Assembly: GCA_947375105.1 (NCBI GenBank)
Contig: CANCET010000002.1
Location: 10,471-74,470 of the forward strand
Reading direction: 5' to 3'
From: Sphingomonadaceae bacterium
Lineage (GTDB): Bacteria > Pseudomonadota > Alphaproteobacteria > Sphingomonadales > Sphingomonadaceae
Length of the DNA: 64,000 nt
Shown here: positions 46,909-54,831 of the stretch, piece after piece
Layout: each line of letters opens with the position of its first letter
Position numbering within the stretch: the first letter of the stretch is position 1
Position numbers and translations under genes: made by a program
The notes under the pieces: generated by a model
The model's database searches: none
Told to the model about the DNA's origin: nothing
What the model saw: only the letters and a program-made list of their open reading frames with translations

Positions 46909-47934
46909 ATGACCGTGGACGCCCATGAGCCGGATAGGGCCGCACGGCAGGTCGCCGATGGGCTGGCGCAGCTTGTGCGCCATGCGATCCCCTCGGCGCA
47001 GGATATCGCCTTCACGGGCCTCACCCGCTCCGCCGGCGGCCTCAGTCGGGAGAACTGGTCGTTTGATGCCAGCTGGCACGATGCGGAAGGAGGCCACACA
47101 CATCGGCTGATGCTGATGCGCGATGCCAAAGGCACTCTGCTGAAGACCGAACGCAGCCGCGAGTTCGATGTGCTGAGGGCACTGCAAGGCAGCCCCGTGG
47201 CGGCACCGGCGGTGTTCTGGATGGATCCCGATGGGCAGTTCCTCGGCGCGCCCTCGCTGATCATGGAGCGCGTTTCAGGCCGCTGCGACTATATGGTGCT
47301 GAATGGCGCACAGCCATTGAATGAGCGGCTGGAACTCGCACATGCCTTTCTGCAACTGCTGACCGATATTCAGACGATCGACTGGCAGACACGCGGCCTC
47401 GGGCCCAGCCTCGGCGTACCTGAAGGCTCGCCGGCCCAGATCGTGCTCGATGAGTGGGAGACGGAGTATCGCCGTGTGCAACTAGAGCCCCATCCGGAGC
47501 TCGATTATGTTTTGGCGTGGATGCGCCGCGCGGCCCCGCAAGCGCAAGCCATTGTTCTCGTCCACGGCGATTTCAAACCGGGCAACGCGCTGATCGAGGG
47601 CACACGGATCACCGCCAAGCTCGATTGGGAGACCGCGCATCTGGGTGATCCGCTCGAAGACCTCGGCTGGATCACCAATCCCGTGCGGCGGCGCGAACAC
47701 CAGATCCCCGGTCATTGGGAACGTGCGCAGATCGTCGAAGCCTATACCCGCCTGACCGGCCGCGCAGTGGGCGACGCTGCTCTGACATGGTGGAACGTGT
47801 TCTCGTGCTGGAAGCTGGCGGTGATCCAGCTGACGGCCGTCAACGAGTTCGTCTCGGGCCGCTACAACCGCGTGTTCCAGACTCCCTCGTGGCTCTTCCG
47901 CCCCATGCTCCAGATGATGGAGCGCGCGACATGA
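46909..47934 (+). CDS. APH-fold phosphotransferase (LvaA / ACAD10-11 kinase-like), copy 2
   Basis: AGGLSRENW, REFDVL, HGDFKPGN, LDWE, GDPLEDLGW. Confidence 0.88.
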   Translation: MTVDAHEPDRAARQVADGLAQLVRHAIPSAQDIAFTGLTRSAGGLSRENWSFDASWHDAEGGHTHRLMLMRDAKGTLLKTERSREFDVLRALQGSPVAAPAVFWMDPDGQFLGAPSLIMERVSGRCDYMVLNGAQPLNERLELAHAFLQLLTDIQTIDWQTRGLGPSLGVPEGSPAQIVLDEWETEYRRVQLEPHPELDYVLAWMRRAAPQAQAIVLVHGDFKPGNALIEGTRITAKLDWETAHLGDPLEDLGWITNPVRRREHQIPGHWERAQIVEAYTRLTGRAVGDAALTWWNVFSCWKLAVIQLTAVNEFVSGRYNRVFQTPSWLFRPMLQMMERAT

Positions 47935-48398
47935 GGCCCTCAGTCGAAGAGCAGCTACTGGGCACGTGCCACATTCTCGAAACCGTCGTCGCGCCGGCTG
48001 TGGCCGAGCCCTTCGCACGCACCATTCTCGACAGCCTCATCGCGAACTTGCGCATGGTCACCGAAGCGCTGCCCGCCGTGCCGGGCTTCCTGCGCTGGGA
48101 CAATGCGGCGACGCAGGACCTGCTGCACAAGCTGCGCAGCGAGCTGCCTTCCGATCTCGCCCGGCGCATCGACACTGCGCTGGAAACCCCCGAACCCGAC
48201 ATGCTCGACAGCGCTGCGCAGACCGCGCGCAACGACTTGCTGCGCGCTATGCTCGCTGAAGCCGTCTGCAGCCCGGATCTGGCCCCCGATCTGCACCGTG
48301 CCATTCAGCAACACATGATCGCTCGCGCCTCACGCGCACCGATGCGTTACGTGCCGACCGCCGTTCCCCCCGCACCCACGCCCACCACGAGACCGTAA
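47931..48398 (+). CDS. Small helical protein coupled to the kinase (LvaB-like), copy 2
   Basis: ATGA overlap with the kinase; N-terminal EQLLGTCHILETVVAPAV. Confidence 0.6.
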   Translation: MRPSVEEQLLGTCHILETVVAPAVAEPFARTILDSLIANLRMVTEALPAVPGFLRWDNAATQDLLHKLRSELPSDLARRIDTALETPEPDMLDSAAQTARNDLLRAMLAEAVCSPDLAPDLHRAIQQHMIARASRAPMRYVPTAVPPAPTPTTRP

Positions 48399-48402
48399 AC
48401 CC

Positions 48403-49530
48403 ATGCTTACCGCGCTTGACGATACGCTTTGGCACCAGTTGCCGACAACATTCGATCACGTCTGGACCAGCGACCCCCGGTTCTTCGACCGCTACTGGTT
48501 CGCGATCTATTCGGGCGATGGGCGGGTCGCGATCCAGATCACCATGGGCGCCTATCGCAACATGAACGTGCTGGATGCCGGGGCGGTGATGATCGTCGAT
48601 GGCAAACAGTACAACCTGCGTGTCTCGCGCTCGCTCAATGGCAGCGTGGAGACGGTCTGCGGCCCGATCCGCATCACGCCCATCGAGGCACTGCAGACGC
48701 TCGATATCGTGATCGAGCCCAGCGAAGGCGTGCTTCACGGCCGCATCCGCTGGGACGGTGTGGAGCCCGCGCACGAGGAGCATCCCCACTACACTCGCCT
48801 GCAAAGCCGCACGGTCGAGGACTATCGTCGCTTCGATCAGATCGGCGTGGCCAGCGGCTATCTGGAGGTCGAGGGCCAGCGTGTCGAGATCGACAAATGG
48901 TGGTCCTGCCGCGACCATTCCTGGGGCGTGCGGCGCGGCATGGGCGTGCCCGAACCAGTCACCGGCCCCAAGCTTCCCCTCTCCGAGAAAGGCCACGTCA
49001 TGGCCTTCCTGTTCTTCTCCACCACCGCCGTGAGCGGCAGCCTGCTTTTCTCCGGGCGCGGCGATGATACGCCCTATACCACCGGCGTGCTCACCTTGCG
49101 CGAGACTGAGACGGCGCACGATGTGACCCAGATCGCGCTTGAGGTCGATCTTCACGAAGGCACCCGCCGCTTCCGCCGCGCCGCCGTCGTTGCACAGTTG
49201 GAGGGCGCCGGCGAACTTCGGCTGGAGCTCGATGCGCAGGGCGCCTCGATCGCGATGCAAGGCCTTGGTTACAGCGGCGGCTTCAACGATGGGCGCGGGC
49301 TCGGCGCGTGGCGGGGCGAGACCTGGCTCGAAACCGATGTGTGGGATGTGTCACACCCCGCCAAGGTGATCTATCCGGACGGTACCGAGAAGGTTCACTG
49401 GCACCGCATCCAGCCCGTCTCCATCGCGGCAAGCCTGAACGGGGAAACCAGCCAAGGCACCGGCAGCATGACGCTGACCATTGCGGGGCAGCTTCCCGCG
49501 CATCTGCAAGTCCAGTCCGCTTCCATCTAG
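48403..49530 (+). CDS. Uncharacterised predicted tandem beta-barrel protein (tocopherol cyclase/AttH-like), copy 2
   Basis: FFDRYWF, GPIRITPIE, SGYLEVEGQRVEID, RDHSWGVR. Confidence 0.65.
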   Translation: MLTALDDTLWHQLPTTFDHVWTSDPRFFDRYWFAIYSGDGRVAIQITMGAYRNMNVLDAGAVMIVDGKQYNLRVSRSLNGSVETVCGPIRITPIEALQTLDIVIEPSEGVLHGRIRWDGVEPAHEEHPHYTRLQSRTVEDYRRFDQIGVASGYLEVEGQRVEIDKWWSCRDHSWGVRRGMGVPEPVTGPKLPLSEKGHVMAFLFFSTTAVSGSLLFSGRGDDTPYTTGVLTLRETETAHDVTQIALEVDLHEGTRRFRRAAVVAQLEGAGELRLELDAQGASIAMQGLGYSGGFNDGRGLGAWRGETWLETDVWDVSHPAKVIYPDGTEKVHWHRIQPVSIAASLNGETSQGTGSMTLTIAGQLPAHLQVQSASI

Positions 49531-49546
49531 ACCGCAGGAGACCCGC

Positions 49547-50761
49547 TTGTTCGCATGCGTGCTTGCCGAAGTGCTGCGCCCCGGCGACCGCGTGGTCGTG
49601 GGCCAGGCGACGAGCGAGCCGGTGGGGCTGGTAGAGGACCTGTTTGCGGCAGCAACGCATATCGATGATCTGTCCGTATTCTGCGGCTACTCGCTGAACC
49701 CGGCATGGAAGGACGCAGTGCCGGATACGCTGCAGGTCATTTCCTATTGCGGGCTCGGCGCGATAGGTGCGCTCACTCTGCATGGCCGCGCCAAGGTCAT
49801 CCCCTTTGCCATGTCGCAATTGAGCGCCGCGCTGGCTGCGCGCACACTGCCGGTGGATGTGGTGCTGCTGCAAGTCTCCCCCGCCGATGCCGATGGCTAT
49901 CACAGCCTCGGACTTGCCGCCGACTATGTCTGGGAAGCGGCGCAACTGGCGCGGGTCGTTGTCGCCGAAGTCAATGCGCGCGTTCCGATAACCCGCAGCC
50001 AGTGCCGCCTCCACTGCAGTCAGATCGTTATCGCACGCACATGCGATACTCCGCTGCCCGAAGTGCGGCCTGAACCGGTTGGCGAAGTGCAGACGCGTGT
50101 TGCGCGCGAAGTGGCAAAGCTGGTCCCCGATGGCGCGACCGTGCAAATCGGCATTGGCAAGCTTTCCGATGCGATAGCCCATGCGCTGCGGGATCGCCGC
50201 GGCCTCAAGGTGCGATCAGGCATGGTGGGGGACTGGTTCCCCTCGCTGGTGGCTGCGGGGGCGATCGACACCAGCACGCCGGATGCCTGCCTCGCCTCGC
50301 TCGCAGTGGGCAGCAGCGCGCTTTACGATTGGCTGGACTGCAGCAATCTCCTGGGCTTTGCGCTCCCCGAACACCTGGCTGTGCCCGTCCGCGATTCTCC
50401 GTTTATGGCGATTAACTCGGGCATCGAGGTGGACTTGCGCGGCCAGGTCAACGCCGAATTCCTGGGGCACCGCTATGTCGGTGCCTCGAGCGGGCAACCA
50501 GACTATTTCCGGGCCGCGCAGCGTTCCGCGGGTGGCCTCGCAATCCTTGCTTTGCCCTCAGCCAACGAGCGCGGTGATGTGAGCCGCATCGTCCCGCGCC
50601 TCGCGAGCGGCTACGTCACCTCCGCACAGAGCGACGTGGATGTGATCGTCACCGAACAGGGCATAGCCGATATCCGCGCCACCGATTTTGGCGAACGCCG
50701 CCGCCGGATAACGGCAATTGCCGATCCGCGCATGCGCGGCGCACTCAGCCCCGAGGAATGA
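49547..50761 (+). CDS. Acetyl-CoA hydrolase/transferase family protein, copy 2 (catalytic Glu apparently replaced by Gly)
   Basis: DGATVQIGIG, INSGIEVDLRGQ, DVDVIVTEQG; RSGM where HSEM is expected; TTG start after AGGAG inferred. Confidence 0.82.
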   Translation: MFACVLAEVLRPGDRVVVGQATSEPVGLVEDLFAAATHIDDLSVFCGYSLNPAWKDAVPDTLQVISYCGLGAIGALTLHGRAKVIPFAMSQLSAALAARTLPVDVVLLQVSPADADGYHSLGLAADYVWEAAQLARVVVAEVNARVPITRSQCRLHCSQIVIARTCDTPLPEVRPEPVGEVQTRVAREVAKLVPDGATVQIGIGKLSDAIAHALRDRRGLKVRSGMVGDWFPSLVAAGAIDTSTPDACLASLAVGSSALYDWLDCSNLLGFALPEHLAVPVRDSPFMAINSGIEVDLRGQVNAEFLGHRYVGASSGQPDYFRAAQRSAGGLAILALPSANERGDVSRIVPRLASGYVTSAQSDVDVIVTEQGIADIRATDFGERRRRITAIADPRMRGALSPEE

Positions 50762-52002
50762 ACTGCATGGCAACCGCATCACTGGCGCCCGTCCCTCCGC
50801 ACGTTCCCGCTGATCGCATTATCGATTTCGACGTCTACAACCCTGCCGGCATTGAGGTGGGCTTTCATCAGGCATGGATGCGGCTCCACGGCGATGGCGT
50901 GCCCGATCTGGTCTGGACCCCGCGCAACGGCGGCCACTGGATCGCGACACGCGGTCATCTCATCCGGCAGTTCCTCAATGAGCCGGAAAACTTCTCTGCC
51001 CGGGTGATGATCGTGCCGAAAGAGGCGGGGCTTGAACACAAGCTGGTTCCCATGAACATGGACCCGCCCGAGCATGGCCCCTATCGCCGGGTGCTTAATC
51101 AGGGACTTGGGCCGCGCGAAATCCGCAACATCGAAGGCGATATCCGTGCCGCTGCAATCGCGCTCATCGAAGCCTTCGCGCGGGACGGCAAAGTCGATTT
51201 CTGCGCCGAATACGCCAATGTGTTCCCGATCAAGGTGTTCCTCGCCTTCTCGCGCCTGCCGCTCAGTGATGCGCCGCTGCTTACCCGCTTTTCCAATTCC
51301 ATGCTCCGCCCTGAAGGCACGACACCGGAGGAGAAGGCGGCTTCCATGGCAAACGCCAACGCCGGGTTCTTTGCCTATATCGCGCCGACCGTGGCCGAGC
51401 GGCGGGCCAATCCGGGCGACGACTGGATCAGCCTGATCATCCACAGCGAGGTGAACGGCCAACCGGTCACCGAATACGAAACGCTCGCGATGATCTCGCT
51501 CGTACTGCTCGCCGGGCTGGATACCGTGGTGAACTTCCTGCCATTCTGCATGGATTATCTCGCACGCCATCCCGAACTCGTGGCGCTGCTGCACGCCGAT
51601 CCAGCCAGAATCCCGGCGCGGGTCGATGAACTGTTCCGCCGCTTTCCGGTCGTCTCGCAGGCGCGGTTGGTGACGCAGGATGTGAGTTATGATGGCGTGA
51701 CGCTGAAGGCGGGCGAGATGGTGCTCATCCCATCCACCCTCCACGGCACCGACCCCCGCGAAAACGCCGATCCGCTGACGGTCGATTTCGGCCGAAAAAA
51801 GATCTCGCACTCCACCTTCGGCGGCGGCGCGCATATCTGCGCAGGGATGCATCTCGCCAATCTGGAGATCATCATCACGCTGCAGGAATGGCTGAAGCGC
51901 ATTCCCGAATTTCGGGTTGCGGAGGGCTTCCAGCTCGTCGCGCACTCGGGTGTCGTCGCGCAAGTCGAACGGCTCGATCTGGAGTGGAACCCTGCGCCTT
52001 AA
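50758..52002 (+). CDS. Cytochrome P450, CYP101 family (P450cam/CYP101D/CYP101B-like)
   Basis: PPHVP..DFDVYNP, DLVWT..NGGHWIATRG, MDPPEH, LAGLDTVVNFL, ELFR, FGGGAHICAG. Confidence 0.93.
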   Translation: MNCMATASLAPVPPHVPADRIIDFDVYNPAGIEVGFHQAWMRLHGDGVPDLVWTPRNGGHWIATRGHLIRQFLNEPENFSARVMIVPKEAGLEHKLVPMNMDPPEHGPYRRVLNQGLGPREIRNIEGDIRAAAIALIEAFARDGKVDFCAEYANVFPIKVFLAFSRLPLSDAPLLTRFSNSMLRPEGTTPEEKAASMANANAGFFAYIAPTVAERRANPGDDWISLIIHSEVNGQPVTEYETLAMISLVLLAGLDTVVNFLPFCMDYLARHPELVALLHADPARIPARVDELFRRFPVVSQARLVTQDVSYDGVTLKAGEMVLIPSTLHGTDPRENADPLTVDFGRKKISHSTFGGGAHICAGMHLANLEIIITLQEWLKRIPEFRVAEGFQLVAHSGVVAQVERLDLEWNPAP

Positions 52003-52613
52003 GCGGTCGGGGTTTGCACACCCGCCATCGCCAGGATCAGCCCTGCAACTTCGTCTGCCAGCGCTTCGAGCGAGAGGCGACCGTGCGGCCGGTACCAGAC
52101 ATAAGCCCAGCTCACGAGCCCGCCGATCGACAGCGCCGCGACATCGGGATCGTCGAGATGGAACTCGCCCGCATCGACCCCCGCTTGGAGCAGCCCGACC
52201 AGTTTCCGGTCAAAATCGCGCCTGAGCGCACTAAGCCGCTCGAAATCGGCAGGCTCAAGGCTCTTTTCCTCGCGCGTAAGGATGGCGATATAACGCTGGT
52301 TGCTCAGCACCGCCGTCAGGAAACCGCGCGAGAGCATCCTCAGTTTTTCGGTCGGAGACACTTCGGCTGCGAGTGCGGCCTCCATCGCCACCAGCGAAGC
52401 GCTGACCCCGCGCGTGCAGATATCGGCGAGCAGTTCGGCCTTCGACTTGAAGTGATTGTAGATGAACGGCTTGGTGACGCCCATGGTCTCCGCGACGGCT
52501 TCGAGCGTGGTTTTCTCATAACCGCGATCGTAAAACAGCTGCGCCGCCGCCTCGACCGTGCGCTCGCGCTTCAGCGCAGTCACTTCATCCCGGATCGTCG
52601 GAAAGCCTACCAT
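51999..52613 (-). CDS. TetR-family regulator (KstR2-like C-terminal domain), last gene of the caiB-BVMO operon
   Basis: HTH GYEKTTLEAVAETMGVTKPFIYNHFKSK; SWAYVWYRP; start inferred. Confidence 0.9.
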   Translation of the reverse strand: MVGFPTIRDEVTALKRERTVEAAAQLFYDRGYEKTTLEAVAETMGVTKPFIYNHFKSKAELLADICTRGVSASLVAMEAALAAEVSPTEKLRMLSRGFLTAVLSNQRYIAILTREEKSLEPADFERLSALRRDFDRKLVGLLQAGVDAGEFHLDDPDVAALSIGGLVSWAYVWYRPHGRLSLEALADEVAGLILAMAGVQTPTA

Positions 52614-52614
52614 C

Positions 52615-53913
52615 TCAGACCGGTCGCTTAACGCCATTGGCGGCATAGTCCAGAGCCAGCCGCTTGCGATAACGGCGCGGATCAAGCTCCAGCCCATAGC
52701 GCGGGCTATCGGGAAATTGGCTCTGTGCCCAGGCGCGTTCGGTCTCGATCGCCGCGAGCATATCCTGCTCGCTCGGTCGCCGGATCGCGCCGGTTGCCAT
52801 GGCGGCGATATAGGCGGCCTGATCGTCCATCATTCGGATATTGCTGCCCCCAGTCACATCGAAGTAGCCGATGAAGAACAGCCCCGGCACACTGGGATGC
52901 GCCACCCGGTTGTAGAGCGCAACATGGGTCGTCGCTTCCTCGACCGGCGAGATCGCTTCGGGCAAGAACGGAATGGCCGTGTTGTAACCGGTCGCGGCTA
53001 TGATTGCGTCGAACCTGTCTTCGCTGCCATCGCTGAACTGGACAGTCGTGCCGCTTACGGCCTTGATCCCCGGTTTCACGGTTACCCGGCCCCATGCAAT
53101 CTGCGAAATCAGCGTCGGATGGCTGATCGGGTGCGTACGCGTCTTGGGTGTGCGGAAACCCCACTGTTCCATGCGACCATGAAACATCCTGGTCAGCGTG
53201 GTGCGGATCCACACGCGCACCTGCCATGGCAGGAATGGCCGCTCCAGCTTCAGCAGCGTACGCGAGTTCGGCACGCCGAACATCATGCGCGGCATGATCA
53301 ACACGGGCGACCGGGCAGACAGGACCGTGTGCTCGGTAACCGTACAGATGTCGGCCGCAATATCGACACCGCTATTGCCCGGCCCGATCACCAAGACGCG
53401 CTTGTCGGCATAGGGACCCGGCACCCGGTAGGCATGGGCGTGGGCATATTGCCCGGTATAGCCCTCGATCTGAGGTGGATGGCGCGGCACGCTCTGGTGT
53501 CCGCTGGCGACCACGACCCCGTCGAAAGTCTCGGTTGTTCCGTCTTCCAGTTCGATGCGGGACTTGCCCTCCGCCGGTACGATCTGCTTCACGCGCGCCT
53601 TGAAACGGATCCGGCGCGCCAGATCGAAATGATCGGCATAACGCGCAAAATAGCGGCTCATCTCCGCGTGATCGGGATAGAGCGGAGCGTTATCAGGAAA
53701 CGGAAAATCGGCGAGGCTGCTGACTTTGGCTTCGGAATTGATGTGGAGCGATTTGTAGGCCGGGCTCATCCCGCTGTCGTTGTTGTAGACCCACAGCCCG
53801 CCGACCTGCGATCCCGCCTCGAACAGGGTCACCTCGATGCCCTGCTGCGTCAGATAGCGCGCGGCGCAAAGCCCGCCCGCGCCCGCGCCGACGATGGCAA
53901 AGTGGCGGCTCAT
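52615..53913 (-). CDS. Flavin-containing monooxygenase (FMO-like, class B)
   Basis: GAGAGG, GGLW, YKSLHINS, YTGQYAHAHAYR, GPGNSG, ATGY; start at MSRHF. Confidence 0.88.
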   Translation of the reverse strand: MSRHFAIVGAGAGGLCAARYLTQQGIEVTLFEAGSQVGGLWVYNNDSGMSPAYKSLHINSEAKVSSLADFPFPDNAPLYPDHAEMSRYFARYADHFDLARRIRFKARVKQIVPAEGKSRIELEDGTTETFDGVVVASGHQSVPRHPPQIEGYTGQYAHAHAYRVPGPYADKRVLVIGPGNSGVDIAADICTVTEHTVLSARSPVLIMPRMMFGVPNSRTLLKLERPFLPWQVRVWIRTTLTRMFHGRMEQWGFRTPKTRTHPISHPTLISQIAWGRVTVKPGIKAVSGTTVQFSDGSEDRFDAIIAATGYNTAIPFLPEAISPVEEATTHVALYNRVAHPSVPGLFFIGYFDVTGGSNIRMMDDQAAYIAAMATGAIRRPSEQDMLAAIETERAWAQSQFPDSPRYGLELDPRRYRKRLALDYAANGVKRPV

Positions 53914-54830
53914 GCCCGCGCTTTCAACCACGTGCCCGCTGCCGCCATGGCTTCATCCGCCCGGTCCAGCGAACCAGCCATGCCCATGAAACCGTGGTTC
54001 ATATCATCGTAGTGGACAAGCATGGCATCCACCCCTGCGGCGATCAGCCGCTCGGCAAAGGCTTTGCCCTCATCGCGCAGAAGATCGTATTCGGCTGTGA
54101 TCACATAGGCGGGCGGCAGACCGGCGAGGTCTGGCGCCCGCAGCGGCGAGGCATGCGGATGCGCGCGGTCGGCCGGGTTGGTGACATAGAGATTCCAGCC
54201 CCACCGCATGGCATTGGCGGTTAGCCCGCAGTCCTCGCCGCGCTCGATATAAGAAGCGGGCAACTTGTCAGGATAGTCGGTGACCGGGTAGATGAGGAAC
54301 TGCGCAGCAATTGCCGGCCCGCCCGCATCGCGCGCGCGCAGTGCCGTCACGATCGCCATCGTCGCGCCGGCGCTGTCGCCTGCCACGACGAGCCGCGCCG
54401 AATCGCCGCCAAAGCTTGCGGCATTGACAGCCACCCACTTGGTTGCTGCGAAGCTGTCATCGGGTCCGGCAGGGAACGGGGCTTCGGGCGCTAGGCCATA
54501 ATCGACCGAGACCACGACAGCACCCGATTGCAGGCAGAGATGCCGGCACAGCACATCATGCGTGTTGATACTGCAGATCACGAAGGCGCTGCCGTGAAAG
54601 TAGGTGATCACGGTGTGGCCATCTTCCAGATCGGGCCGGTAGATGCGCACCCGGATTTCGCCGCGCGGGCCGGGGATCATGCGGTCTTCTACATGGGCCA
54701 CGTCCGGGCGCGACGCCTTGGCTGTCAGCGCCTCGTAGTTGGCGCGCAGCACGGCGGGGGCGATGCTCTCCATCGGCGGCAGGCCGGCAGAAGCATCGAC
54801 GATCGCCTGAAGCTGGGGGTGTAAAGCCAT
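53910..54830 (-). CDS. HSL-family alpha/beta hydrolase (probable lactonase/esterase)
   Basis: FHGSAF (HGG variant), GDSAG, AEYDLLRDE, HGF; directly downstream of a BVMO. Confidence 0.88.
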   Translation of the reverse strand: MALHPQLQAIVDASAGLPPMESIAPAVLRANYEALTAKASRPDVAHVEDRMIPGPRGEIRVRIYRPDLEDGHTVITYFHGSAFVICSINTHDVLCRHLCLQSGAVVVSVDYGLAPEAPFPAGPDDSFAATKWVAVNAASFGGDSARLVVAGDSAGATMAIVTALRARDAGGPAIAAQFLIYPVTDYPDKLPASYIERGEDCGLTANAMRWGWNLYVTNPADRAHPHASPLRAPDLAGLPPAYVITAEYDLLRDEGKAFAERLIAAGVDAMLVHYDDMNHGFMGMAGSLDRADEAMAAAGTWLKARA

Positions 54831-54831
54831 G

